A program made the translations under genes and the position numbers. Below the pieces are notes generated by a model that saw nothing but the letters and a program-made list of their open reading frames with translations, had not been told where the DNA came from and did no database searches. A DNA stretch of 63,756 nucleotides, the filler included, from Octopus bimaculoides (lineage: Eukaryota), in NCBI RefSeq assembly GCF_001194135.2. It is 5 parts of 4 records of this genome, joined end to end, with 100 filler letters (N's around TTAATTAATTAA, not from the genome) between each part and the next. Parts side by side here need not be neighbours in the genome. Positions count along the whole stretch, not along the records: positions 1 to 28,176 come from NC_068983.1; 4 more parts are not named here. One strand, given 5' to 3'. This document shows positions 13,603 to 26,544 of the stretch, piece by piece (the first letter of the stretch is position 1; each line of letters starts with the position of its first letter).

Positions 13603-13700
13603 TGATGATGATAATAATAATAATAATATCCTTTCTACCATAAGCACAAGGGGAGGGGAGGGGACTAGTCGATTTCACTGACCCCAGTGTTTCACCATTA
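13420..13700 (-). mobile_element. SINE family B fragment interrupted by (TAA)n
   Basis: Reverse complement of the head (gctagcagaatcgttacagcaccggatgaaatgccgcctagc) and the gtcgatttcactgaccccagtg segment. Confidence 0.65.
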
Positions 13701-13831
13701 CTTAATTTACCATCATGTATTTACACACACACACAAATACATATATAGGTATTATATATGTGTATGTATATATATATATATATATATACATACATACATA
13801 TATATACACACACGCGCGCGCGTGTGCACGT

Positions 13832-13863
<32 letters not shown>

Positions 13864-13929
13864 TTGATTATATGTATTTATTTTCTCATAGTTAACAATT
13901 AACTCCGACAAAACAAATTGGTTAATAGA

Positions 13930-14336
13930 TGCTAGGGTGGCAAAAGGTCACAAAATGACTGTGGTGTAACTCCTGCTTACGATGTAGAAACTCCCTGTTA
14001 GTTTGCGGTATTTGAGTAAATATAGAATTTAATAAATGGAGTAATACGCATATGTTAAATGAATTCTTTTATTTCCGACATATGTTTCGAAGATTACAAA
14101 TGGTTACTTCCAAAGGAATAAGTGATGTTGATAAAGATGTAATCTTCTCTTCAGGGAAATACATGATAACCGACTTAACCTAAGACATTTCAATCGAATG
14201 TGATAACTGTGGGTAGAGAAGATTGCTACATATCTTATTTATCCACAGTTATCACATTCGGTTAAAATGTCTTACGGTTAAGTCGGCTCTTATGTATTTC
14301 CCTGAAGAGAAGATTACATCTTTATCAACATCACCT
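13930..14336. mobile_element. Penelope-like pseudo-LTR with partial inverted duplication
   Basis: Inverted arms at about 14122-14214 and 14241-14336 (the right arm runs into a gap); contains a hammerhead; homologous to 27430-27720. Confidence 0.65.
14070..14161 (-). ncRNA. Type I hammerhead ribozyme, intact
   Basis: TATTTCC-CTGAAGA-GAAGATTACA...TGTAATCTTC-GAAAC-ATAT-GTC-GGAAATA: 7-bp stem I, 10-bp stem II, palindromic stem III, GUC triplet. Confidence 0.85.
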
Positions 14337-14835
14337 NNNNNNNNNNNNNNNNNNNNNNNNNNNNNNNNNNNNNNNNNNNNNNNNNNNNNNNNNNNNNNNN
14401 NNNNNNNNNNNNNNNNNNNNNNNNNTATATATATATATATATATATATATATTGTGATGAAATATAAGTCATCAATCAAATATGCATTCTTTATTCCAAC
14501 ATAAGACATTGGGAACGGTTCTTCTTGAAATTAATGTTAACAGGATTATTAATTAAAAAAAAAGTTATTTACTATCATATGCAACACATCCTACTACATT
14601 GTATATGCCTACAGAATCTTCGTTATACACTCCGAAGAATGATTTCGCAGGTGAAATGCTTTGTTTACACTTTAGGAAGATCATTTGGTGGTATGGTTTT
14701 CTCTAGAAACGTGGTGTTGAAGCAATTACTACGATAAAGTTTGTAAAACTATTAATTTTATTTTCCATATTATTTTCATGCTGTCATTTCTGTCGGCACA
14801 GGTACACTAATAATAATAATAATAATAATAATAAT

Positions 14836-14888
<53 letters not shown>

Positions 14889-14900
14889 CAATGATAATAG

Positions 14901-15809
14901 GATGCACCACCCAAAATTTGAATAGAGAGGTTATATATACAGCGTATTAAAGGTGATAGGCGCCTTATACTTCTAGAAAACGATTATAATATAACGATCA
15001 TAAAATCACAGAAATACCTAATTCAGAAGCAAAGAAAACTCTTACAAATAGCCACAAAACACGAGCAAAACAATGAAGTGTTTGTTTTTTGTCTTTAACA
15101 AAGTTGAAAAATACAAGAAAGAAGTCATATTACCTAACAACTATGAAGAAAAAGAAAAAACAACAAAACCTGTTAAATAGCTGAAATCTAAACTAAAACT
15201 GGAACAACAATGTATCATGATAAAACGATGACAAGAAAATTCTTTACATGGCAAGTATTAGGCTAAATTCAACAAGAAAGAAATAGACAAAGTAAAATTG
15301 CAAGAATGGCTGAGAAATTCAGGATTCAAAGCAGAGACTGAAGGATATTTAAATAACAGTGGAAGATCAAAACCTCCCTAACAGACATCACCAGAAAACA
15401 CAAAATGAGAAAGGAAATGCAGGTAACTGCAGCATATGTGGTGGTGGGGAAGAAACGATAACAATAATTCAAATTGTCTCAGGCCGCCCAGTTCTGGCTA
15501 AGAAAGAACATATTTACAAACACGACAGACTTGGGACTTATATACCCTGGAGGCTATGCCAACACTAAGAAACAGAAAAAAAAATGGTATATGAACACCC
15601 CAGAAAAGGTCACAGAAAATGAGAAGGCCACCATACTCTGAGATATTCCAATACACACAGATAGAGAAATTAAGGCAAATAGGCTAGATATAGTTGTCAG
15701 AGATCACCAAGAACAAAAATTCCTTATAGTCGATGTATCAATACCAACAGATGAAACGGTATCTCTGAAAGAAACGGAGAAACTATCAAAATGCAAAGAT
15801 CTGGAAATA
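14901..15809 (+). mobile_element. R4/Dong-clade non-LTR retrotransposon fragment (RT thumb, zinc knuckle, restriction-like endonuclease), degenerate
   Basis: Frames give MHHPK...ERLY, WLRNSGFKAETEG, CSICGGGEETI...SGRPVLAKKEHIYKHD, EHPEKVTENEKATIL.DIPIHTDREIKANRLDIVV, KETEKLSKCKDLEI; preceded by (TAA)n at 14809-14885. Confidence 0.85.
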
Positions 15810-15854
15810 ATAATGTTAATATCGGTTCTGATGCTATAAAACATCAATCAATAA

Positions 15855-16058
15855 AGCGGCGTTCTGGCAGAACCGTTAGCACGTCGAGTATAATGCTTAA
15901 CGGCATTTCGTCTGTGTTTATGTTCAAATTCCGCTAATTTTGACTTTGCCTTTCATCCTTTTGAGGTCGATAAAATAAGTCCCAGTAGTGCAGTGGAATC
16001 GATGTATTCGATTTATCCACTCACCTACATTGCTGGCTTTCGGCCAAAAAAAGAAACC
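15855..16058 (+). mobile_element. SINE family B
   Basis: ctggcagaaccgttagcacg...gactttgcctttcatccttttgaggtcgataaaataagt. Confidence 0.85.
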
Positions 16059-16837
16059 AATAATGTGTGAAGAGAAAATGAGATCTCGTGGTGTTCATGC
16101 TATTATATAAACAGGAATATTTTCATAGTAAATTATGAAGAATTGTTTTAACAACGAATCAAGACGGAACTGAATACAACAGAAAGAGTACTTACCTTAA
16201 TCTCAATACCACTCGTTTCAATTGGAGCAAGCAATAGATACTGCGTCTTCTTTATTTTTAGTTCTTCTTTGTATTACATCTGGTTTTGCTTGCAAGTTAA
16301 GCGGAAGTACAGATGTGGCATTTAGGCTTCTCGTTCACTAAAAGCTTGTATAATTATAGGTTTGGCAATTTCAATAAAAGCTTTTACCTTTTTCCATCTA
16401 TGTTCAGTTTTACTTTTTCATTAGTTTAAATGCATATATGTATGATATAAACGATGTAAGATTTAATTAAAATAGCTCGAATGGCAGAAGCAAAATTGAT
16501 ATTAAACACTTTGTGGATGGCGTTCTCCTTAGAATAGATATGCCCGTGAAGATTTTCTATCTAGAAAGGCCAAATTTTACTTTACTTTATTCATGTGTTT
16601 TTTTTTTTATTTTATCTATTCTTTTTATTTCAGAAAACACACATTTTCAGTATCACAGGAACTATATAAGGAAGTTTCGTTTCCTCTCCGAGTTCATCTT
16701 CAGTCTATTAGAGCTAATAAATTACCGACAGCACAGAAACTTGTACACCATGCATATTTAATACACAGTCAATTGCATGACATTGATTGAAGAAAACAGT
16801 AATTTCGAAAATGCTTGATTTCTCATTTCATAAACAG

Positions 16838-16885
16838 TGGTAAAGGTCACGCTGGTAAAGGTCACTGTGGTAAAGGTCACGCTGG
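16838..16885 (+). repeat. Three copies of a 15-bp tandem repeat TGGTAAAGGTCAC(GC/TG)
   Basis: Visible directly; each unit contains AAAGGTCA. Confidence 0.9.
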
Positions 16886-17223
16886 CATTAAACGCAAAAA
16901 AATGTATGCCTCAAAATTTTTGCAAGCGTTCTTTTTCTCTCAATTTTCTTTTTAAGTTAATAATTTTTTGAAGTAGTGAATCTTCAAAAATTCTGAAATA
17001 ATTCGCTTGCAAAATTATAAAAAGAAAAACGCTTATATTTGTTTTATAAGTTAATCAGATTACTAACTTGGGGTGGCAAATTTGGGCATAGAAGAAAATT
17101 ACGATATTTTTCCTGCTTTTGGGTTTGAGTTCAAATTCTACTGGCATTAATTTCACGTTCCGTGAATAAAAGTAACAGCAGAACTATGGATTTTTGGCAT
17201 TGTTAAAACACCGGACGATTTAC

Positions 17224-17366
17224 CTAGAAGTGTTTTTCCGGCACTTTGTCAGGTTTAACACGACAGCCATCTGGACCTTCATTGCATCGACCGGAGTCCA
17301 CTCTCTGTTTCAGGCAATCACGCTTACACTCCTCTTTGAAGACAGCTCCTTGCCTTTTACCATTCT
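17224..17366 (-). CDS. Candidate Cys-containing exon (ENGKRQGAVFKEECKRDCLKQRVDSGRCNEGPDGCRVKPDKVPEKHF*)
   Basis: Acceptor TTTTCTTTGAGCTATAG; the only minus-strand frame open throughout; ends at TAG directly before GTAAAT. Confidence 0.3.
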
Positions 17367-19500
17367 CTATAGCTCAAAGAAAATGTTATGGGCACTGTCC
17401 TTCCCACCCTGATTAACCATGAAAACAAAGTAGAGAAATGCAGCTGAACATTTTAGGTCATCGCAGTGTAAAAAGTACGATGTGGTTCTGCTGAAAAGCC
17501 GTGGCTGATGAGGAGCAGTAGGCCTGAAGCAAATGATTATTATAGAAAACACATGACGAGCTGATTGTATTAATGCAACAAGTGTTTTAGGCCAATAACT
17601 GAAAATGGACAAAATATATATTAACGATATATATATATGAGACAATAACTACGAAAAAGTCCTCCATACTCTACCAACGTGCCAAAGACCAACATGGAGG
17701 CGCATTGGGTTGACTTGACATCCGAATTTTATCCAATCACAGACAGACCCGACACTCAGGCAAATACAGTAGTACGTTCTCATAAATGAAACATCACCAG
17801 TACTGAATAGGAGATATACGTAGAAGGCAGTGATATCCCAATACCCAGAGCTTATATATACGCAGGTAGCTTTGTTAGTAGGCTGTTATGTAGAAGTGTA
17901 TATATATATATATATATACATATATATAAGTAGATAGATAAGTACATAGGTAATACTCACAGACAAGCACAAACACACACACATACACAAGACAAACTGA
18001 AATACATGACCATATACACACACGTACAATTCATACACACGTACGAGCAACAAACATAAACACGCAAACACATGAATATGCAGAATACATACAAACGTAC
18101 ACACACCCATATATACAGAAATGTTGACATNNNNNNNNNNNNNNNNNNNNNNNNNNNNNNNNNNNNNNNNNNNNNNNNNNNNNNNNNNNNNNNNNNNNNN
18201 NNNNNNNNNNNNNNNNNNNNNNNNNNNNNNNNNNNNNNNNNNNNNNNNNNNNNNNNNNNNNNNNNNNNNNNNNNNNNNNNNNNNNNNNNNNNNNNNNNNN
18301 NNNNNNNNNNNNNNNNNNNNNNNNNNNNNNNNNNNNNNNNNNNNNNNNNNNNNNNNNNNNNNNNNNNNNNNNNNNNNNNNNNNNNNNNNNNNNNNNNNNN
18401 NNNNNNNNNNNNNNNNNNNNNNNNNNNNNNNNNNNNNNNNNNNNNNNNNNNNNNNNNNNNNNNNNNNNNNNNNNNNNNNNNNNNNNNNNNNNNNNNNNNN
18501 NNNNNTATGCATACATACACACCCATATATACATACACATAAGCACATACAAACATACATACATATGTGTATATACGTGCACACTGACTCACACACATGT
18601 GCATAGACAAACAAACAAAACGAACGCAGTTCCATTAACGGACAGAGTTAACGACTATTGAAAACGTTGCAAGAAGCAACGAAAATCTTAGAAGAAAGAA
18701 AGAAAGAAATGAGTGGAAATCAAACCAGTGAGTGTGTTAATTGATAAGGCATTAAAACAGAATGACTTTCCCCAGACACAATGATGTGAATGTGTGTGTG
18801 TATACATATACTCTTAAAAGTGAAGTTCAATCTTGTTTGCTTGTAATGTTCCACAGCCACACTGGCGCATAATGAGAGAATGCTTTGCAAGTAAAGCGCC
18901 CCTGAAATGTAAATACGAACGGAATAAAAGAAATATCGCATAAATCGTACTAGTCAGTTGTTGGGATATTCGTGGTTTGTGGGTATAAATACCCAAAACG
19001 GTGCATAATGGGAAAATACTCCGAAAATAACTTCACCATAAAAGGGGAAAACTCTAACCTTTCCGTTAGACACATTATGATGGGGAAAATATTTTTAAGG
19101 GAAAATGACTTTAGAAATACGATGAATATTACGTAAAAGACCCGTTCGTAATCTCGATGTGAAATAGTTTCCCTCCATAGGTTTCTTTCGAATGCATTCA
19201 ACGTATCCCACCCCCAAAGATTTGGCTGCAATTTCTAGCACGCCATGCCACCACAGCTATTTGGGATAAAGGACCCGAAATACTTCTTACAAGGTAGCAG
19301 GGCGTGCAAGAAATAACAGCCAAATCTTTCCTTTTCTGGGGAAGGGAACATTTTACGCGTTATTTCGATGTCACGTTCGTTGAAAGCATGCGAAATAACA
19401 AGGAAAAGGCTAAACTCCACAAAACAGAACAAAGTTGCTGGAAAACTCAGACATCACCCGTGACCCAACGGGTCACGAGTAATATATATATATATATATG

Positions 19501-19582
<82 letters not shown>

Positions 19583-20589
19583 TGTTACGTTGAAATATAC
19601 ATACAATACAATATACAAATTTTATTACTGAAGATCATTTATGAACACGCGAGTCGTGCACATGAAATTTTAAACATTTGATTTTAAATCATGTATGATT
19701 GGTCGCAAAATTAATAGAATGCTATGTAAAAATGCTCAGTACTCTCTGAGTCATTTCATGTACAGAGTCTGAATTTGCGCAGTGTCAAATTTTATTTTCA
19801 TCCATTGCAGTCGATTAAATTGGCAGCAGTTACTTACAGAGAACAATTTTAATAACTCGCTTTTTCAAAACTTGCGCAGTTGATCCTTATGGAGAAAATC
19901 CCTATTGTATTTGATAGAGAAGCATGAATTTAAACAGAAATATGTAGTTTGTTTTTATTAAATGTAATGGTGCTAGATCTTGCTCAAAATTGTGCACACT
20001 AAAATAATCGCTTCAATACTGTTGTTGAAAGGCATTCGATCAAAACTTTTGAAGATGCAGTGTCATGAATGTCACTGAAATAGATTACCTTCGTTTTCAA
20101 AATGATAGAATTCCTCTTTATAATGAATCAAGAGAAATGTTACAAATACTAAAACCCATTGGGACATACCATAATATCATTAACTTTGCTTGATAGTATC
20201 CTCCCACACCGACGTATTGCTAGTATTTCGCATAATGTTGGTTATGTATATACTGCAGGCAACAGATAAACAAGAAAATTAAAAAAGCTAAATGAATTCA
20301 ACGGAATTCAATTCTAGATATGACGCAGAATTTAGAACCGCGTGTGGTTTGCAAGAAACAAGAAAATGTAGGTTTGTGAATCCTTATCGAACAGTTAGAA
20401 TACACGGTATTTTTGCTTTCTTTCCTAAATTATATTTAATATATTGATTGGATTTGCAGAGGAGGGTTTTAGCTAACCCTTGGCAGTCTCTTTGCTCACG
20501 CCTTCGCACATTGAATTGATCCTTCTTCAAAGACATTCTAATTATAAGCATTTCTTTATTCACACTATGTTATGCAACGTTTCCCCCCC

Positions 20590-21050
20590 CCCACCCCGCT
20601 TTTAAGACAGAACGAATATGGTAGAAGAATTTGGATGTTATTTTCAAACTATAAAACAGAGACACGGGTTGAAAGACATGATGTGAGTGACCCGAGAAGC
20701 AGAAAAGCTGATTGAAATATTTTGACATGTATGGAGCCTCAAGAGACTCCATAGAATTTTTTTTAGGAAAAGAGAGCGGACTCCACTCTTGAAGCGGTAG
20801 GTTGGCAGAGGAAACAACCAAAATTTCTGTCAGGAAAACATCTTGCTGGTTGGTGAGGGAACGCATACACGAAGAATCCTCTAGATAAGAGTGTGATTTG
20901 CTATAATTAGCAACCAAATTCATCTCCGTACACGGAGATACTGTATAACGTAGTCCCAGGATCAGACAAAAAGAGGAAATGGTCAGGGTTGGTATGTCAC
21001 TGATCATAAATACTTTCAACAGTGGTAAAAAGAGGCATAATTGCAATCCT
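20590..21050 (-). mobile_element. Degenerate CR1-like LINE RT fragment
   Basis: APYMSKYFNQLFCFSGH...FQPVSLF resembles AP.L..LFN.CL..G.FP...YRPISL. Confidence 0.45.
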
Positions 21051-21782
21051 TAGAAGGTAGTTATCATGGAAAATATTTGTTCTTGAATCGGATAGAAAAA
21101 AGATTATTTGGATGGATATCCAACAAGTTATAGAGCGGGTGGATGGATGGATGAAACCTCCGTCGGTTTTATTCTATCAACTGAATTAACAAGTGACTTA
21201 ATAATATATCATACACATACACGCATACATACACAAAAACACACACGCATACTGTAAGTACGCGTGTGTGACGCAAAATGTAACAAGACTAGAACTTTGA
21301 ATTACATGTGTTCTCTTCTTATCAACCAATTTCACTCACATGGTTTGGAGTGACCCGTATCTATAGTAACAAAGCCTTGTCTAAGATGCCAAGCAGTGGT
21401 ACTGAATTTCAGATGCCGAGATTCGAAGCGAATATCTTTACCATTTACTCATGCCTACACCTATAGAGCAGATTGACTACATAACACCGCCACATCCTTC
21501 CCAAACCCTCACAACATCGTGCTAGTAAGAGAGCTCCTGTGCAGTTATTTGAACTGTTTCAAATAGCAATTAACTCTCTGTCAAATGATACACTATCATA
21601 TCAGACGTCACTGGTGCCAGGCTGTTTCGGCTTTTGCCTTTCCATTTCATAACATCAGTGGCGCGGAGAGGGGAGTTCTGGTATTCATGGGCGACTGTTG
21701 GTCTTGCGTAAACAACCTTGCCTCGGAGGGTAACATTCTAGGTGCAGTCCCATGGTCATGCATGACCTAAGGGATACTTTAC

Positions 21783-21917
21783 CCTTTTTTACTCTGACTC
21801 AGGAAAGGACATGTTGGGCAATTTGATTTTGGGTTCCCAGTACAGAAGGAAATGGCTGGATGGCCATGACTGGTATATCTTTCATCACACGTCGGATCTA
21901 TAGGGTCTAGCATTGGG
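21783..21917 (-). CDS. Candidate symmetric phase-2 exon with four Cys (PMLDPIDPTCDERYTSHGHPAISFCTGNPKSNCPTCPFLSQSKK)
   Basis: Strong acceptor TTAATTGTTGTTTTCAG, donor GG|GTAAAG, 135 nt; an alternative plus-strand reading overlaps it. Confidence 0.35.
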
Positions 21918-24393
21918 CTGAAAACAACAATTAAACTAAATGAACTCACTAAAATAAAAGTAAGCATAAAGATAAACTACCCCCAAACCTCACATAAAAC
22001 CATTTTAAAATCATACACTACACACAAAAGACAACACACAATTCAAAAATGACAGAGAATAACACACGACACATATACATAAGGACATTCACACAAAATA
22101 CTTATGAACATTTTGCTCATATACATACACACACCTAAATATATATATATAAATACATACGCATATAAGCATATATATATATATATATATATATATANNN
22201 NNNNNNNNNNNNNNNNNNNNNNNNNNNNNNNNNNNNNNNNNNNNNNNNNNNNNNNNNNNNNNNNNNNNNNNNNNNNNNNNNNNNNNNNNNNNNNNNNNNN
22301 NNNNNNNNNNNNNNNNNNNNNNNNNNNNNNNNNNNNNNNNNNNNNNNNNNNNNNNNNNNNNNNNNNNNNNNNNNNNNNNNNNNNNNNNNNNNNNNNNNNN
22401 NNNNNNNNNNNNNNNNNNNNNNNNNNNNNNNNNNNNNNNNNNNNNNNNNNNNNNNNNNNNNNNNNNNNNNNNNNNNNNNNNNNNNNNNNNNNNNNNNNNN
22501 NNNNNNNNNNNNNNNNNNNNNNNNNNNNNNNNNNNNNNNNNNNNNNNNNNNNNNNNNNNNNNNNNNNNNNNNNNNNNNNNNNNNNNNNNNNNNNNNNNNN
22601 NNNNNNNNNNNNNNATATATATTTATATGTACATATATAGATACAGGTATATATATATATGTGTGTGTACATATATATGTATTACGTATATAAGCATATA
22701 TATATATATCTATGTATGTGTGTATGCATGTTTATAAGTATATATATATATATATATATATGTCATACAACATACAAATTCATAGAAAATGTTCATAGAA
22801 AGCAATAAATAAGATATACAAGAATACAAGCATATAATACACGTAAAATTAGGAATCACATGCACAAAACACGCATTTGAAACTGTGAAATCAAGAGAAA
22901 TCACAAATTCAAAATTTATGCAACAGACAACGCACAAAACATACAATTATGCAACAATCGAGGCAATCACAAGTACAAACACACGCGCACAAAATACTCA
23001 CAACACGAAACCACTCGAAATACACAAATCACACGCACGAAATACTATAGAACATAAAGTATACAACATACTCACGCACATCTTAAAAAATGCGCTCATG
23101 AACAACACATAAATGCACATATGCTCACATACCACACATAAAATAGTAACAACGGGAATAGCGAATGTATTGGAAATACATCGCCCATAATACGCAAACA
23201 CAAGATGCAATAACAGCACGCTCATAGAAAAAGACCTAGAAAATACCTAGAAAACCTTTAAGCATGCACATGGGGAACATTGAACAAACAAATATATCTA
23301 TATGATGGACGATAAACACAAGCATACAGAAACACAAAACATAGTTGCACGTATGATAAACACATACGCAGTAAACAAGCACAACACAGAACTCATGCCA
23401 CATATAAACACACAAAACATTATTGGTTGGACAATTTTATGAAAATGAATGAAATTTTGCTGATAAGAATTTAATTACGTACTTCCTTTGAATTATCGAT
23501 CAGTAATTTCGATCCCAAATATTTGCGATCGATTAACTAAATATTGCAGAGCTGCAGCTACGCAATTAGATAACGTTTTGGAGTGGCGATGATCAATGGT
23601 TCGGATCAATGATTCGTATCCTCATACCACTGCTCCATTGTATAAATTAAATATCCAAAGAATCTAAATTTCAGATGTCCCGGTTCATCTTTCAGTAAAT
23701 ATGTACCGTAAACACGTAATCGACCAGCAAAAAAAAAAAATGGTTAAATGGTCGATAGCTTGCATCCTGTTATGGCTGCCGTGTTTTTTGTCAAGGCTAC
23801 AGTTCTTTGGAGTAAGAGAGATAGCAGGTCGTTTACATTCATCGGCTCATCTCACTGAGCAGCAAGAGCAAAATGTTATATTAAGCTTCATTTTGATCAC
23901 GCACACAAGTAGTTTGTTGAAGTTTTGTACTTGTGTGAATGGGGTGGGGAGAATAAAAACGCTGCACTTTATACTTCAAATAACAACATTAATGATATAT
24001 AGATGGAATGCAGAGCGTTAAAATGGCGAATAGTTGTGTCACGAAACATCCTCAAAATGTCTTCTTTTATTTAAGTTTGAAAATAAGAAAATAAACGCTA
24101 AAGTTGAAAATTATAATAAAGACTCTTTTAGGCGAGCAATGATTGATTCGAATTCTATTACTAGTGCTATGCTGCGTCTTTAATAACACTTCTAATTAGA
24201 TATTAGAAGAGGCTGCATAAATTCACAGTTTCAACAGCAGTCTCAGTATAAAGTCACAATACTTTGATTAGAAAGCAAATGTAAAATTGTAGAATTTACT
24301 TCATTACTTTTGACACAGTTGCTGTATCAGTGAAATGATTATTCTTTTTCCTAAAACATTTATGATTTAGAAAAGCTTAAAGAAAAGAATTAT

Positions 24394-24568
24394 AGGCACA
24401 GGTGTTGCTGAATGATAAGAAGTTCGCCTTCCAACCACATGGTTCCGGGTTCAGACCCAATGTGTAGCAGATTAGGCAAGTGTCTTCTCTAAGCCCCTGA
24501 CCGACTAAATTCTTGTGGGTGGATTTGGTAAACGGAAACTGAAAGAAGCCTGTCATATAAATATATGT

Positions 24569-24607
<39 letters not shown>

Positions 24608-24838
24608 TGTGTGTGTGTGTGTAAATGTATGTGTACGTACGTATAGATCTGTACGTATGTCTTTGTGTTTATGTTTGTCCCCCCCCACCACTTACTTGAC
24701 AACCAGTGATCGGCCAAAGAGGTAGACTAAATACGTACCAGGGTAAAAATTGTACTGGGGTTTATTTGTTCCACTAATCCCTTCAAGGCGCTATTCCAGC
24801 ATGGCCACAGTCCAATGACTGAAACTAGTAAAAGAAAA
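24394..24838 (+). mobile_element. SINE family A, full length
   Basis: Head with ggttccgggttcagaccc B box, ggcaagtgtcttct CORE-like box, internal (TG)n, tail ccagcatggccacagtccaatgactgaaac. Confidence 0.9.
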
Positions 24839-25809
24839 GTTATAAGAAAGGAGTGAAAGTATTGAATGTAATGTAATGACGTGCTTGTTTTTTTCTGCAT
24901 CATTTATTTCCATATAATTTCCAAGAGGCAGAAGTAGACCTAACTAAACAGCGATAACAACGGAGTTTCTGTACAGAACGAAGACAAACAAACACTATGA
25001 ATTTGATTCTACATCTAATAGAAGTCATCATGAAAATTTTTGCCATATTGTACTGTGGACCCCAGTCACAGAAACGCCAATAAAAGAGACACTTCTCATG
25101 GGACATATTGGCATACTGGTCAATGTAATCCGAGATATGAAGCACGACATGCTGACCACATCCGAAACGCACTTCATCATAGATCATTTCTATCACGGAT
25201 GACCTAGGGCTAAACAACAATAGTGACAATCTATTCCAGCTGAATGAACATGAAGTATCTGCCAGTTAACATATTACATCAACTTTGACAGGATAAGAAT
25301 GCTGAGGCATGCATCATACACTCGCTTTTTTGCATTCGAAGCTCTACACTGAACGTTAGTTGATACTGAACGTTAGTTGTGTAATGTGCGTGTTTCTCTC
25401 CGTGTTTTTGTGTGTGTTTGTCTCTCTGTGTGTCTGTATGTGTGAGCGTGCGTACGCGAAACTGAAACAAAATACGCTTGTAGGAAATATATAAAAAAAG
25501 GAATATTTCCTTTCTCATATAGCTTAAATATTTGCAGGTAATTTACTAGAAAAAGGAAATACAGCCTGGACATTTGTCGCTCATTTGTGGTAATAAATAC
25601 ATCTTTATACGAAATATGCAACGAACAGCTGAAGAATTAGTTTGCAGACCAAAAGCATTAGATGCCTTAATATTGTACTATTTACTACGTACTTGATGTT
25701 AATATCTTAATATGACACTTATGGACACATTAATTCGTACATAACCTCCGACAGGTACAAATACACATATAAATTGATATATTAAATTATCGTTTATACG
25801 TTTTTGCTT

Positions 25810-25908
<99 letters not shown>

Positions 25909-26544
25909 ACATGTAATATAAATTATATCTAATGAAGGAATTCACTTTTAAGCTGATTTCAATCTTATTTCACAAGAAGCGGTGTAAACACCAGTGTTCT
26001 TCCTTGATAAAATTTGCATATTCCGTCAATGCCTTTAAGGAGTTCAGTAACCTGAAAAATCCGATTTGCATAATTAACACTTTCCTGGCAGATATGTCAA
26101 CCTATTAACTATTAATTCACTCATTTGCTTACATTTGTGTACTGCAGTAGATTACGCATGCCATATCGCCTAAAACTTGTACTGCTACAATAGACAAACT
26201 GTACAGTGGATCTGCTTTATAAGAAACACACTACCGTGTGTATCAATTATATATACATACATATATGTGTGTGCGTGCATGTGTGTGTGCGTGCTTGTAT
26301 GTGTGTGTTCGCACGCGCGCGCGCCTGTGCGTATGGATAAATACTTAAATATGGAGTGATTTCGAAGTTTACGCCTGCTATTCGTCATAGAACAGTTTAC
26401 TAAAGGATAGCAGACTAAAGCTTCAAAATCACTGATCTTCTAAGTACATAATAAATGTGTATTCTACAAAACATTGAATTATTCATCAGTTCAAAATAAA
26501 ATCGTTTTTATTCCAACTCGAATAAAGAATAACTGTTAATATAT

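Noticed and set aside
16196-16347. Strong minus-strand donor AAG|GTAAGT with a protein-like tail (QYLLLAPIETSGIEIK)
   Set aside because: Every frame has a stop between the plausible acceptors and the donor; at best a non-coding or decayed exon.
17505-17530. CTGATGAG, a possible hammerhead or C-box start
   Set aside because: No stem II, GAAA or D box at a suitable distance.
24900-25229. 109-aa minus ORF and 85-aa plus frame; faint resemblance of the start to the 21.9-kb exon
   Set aside because: No convincing donor site or recognisable domain; the similarity is within chance.
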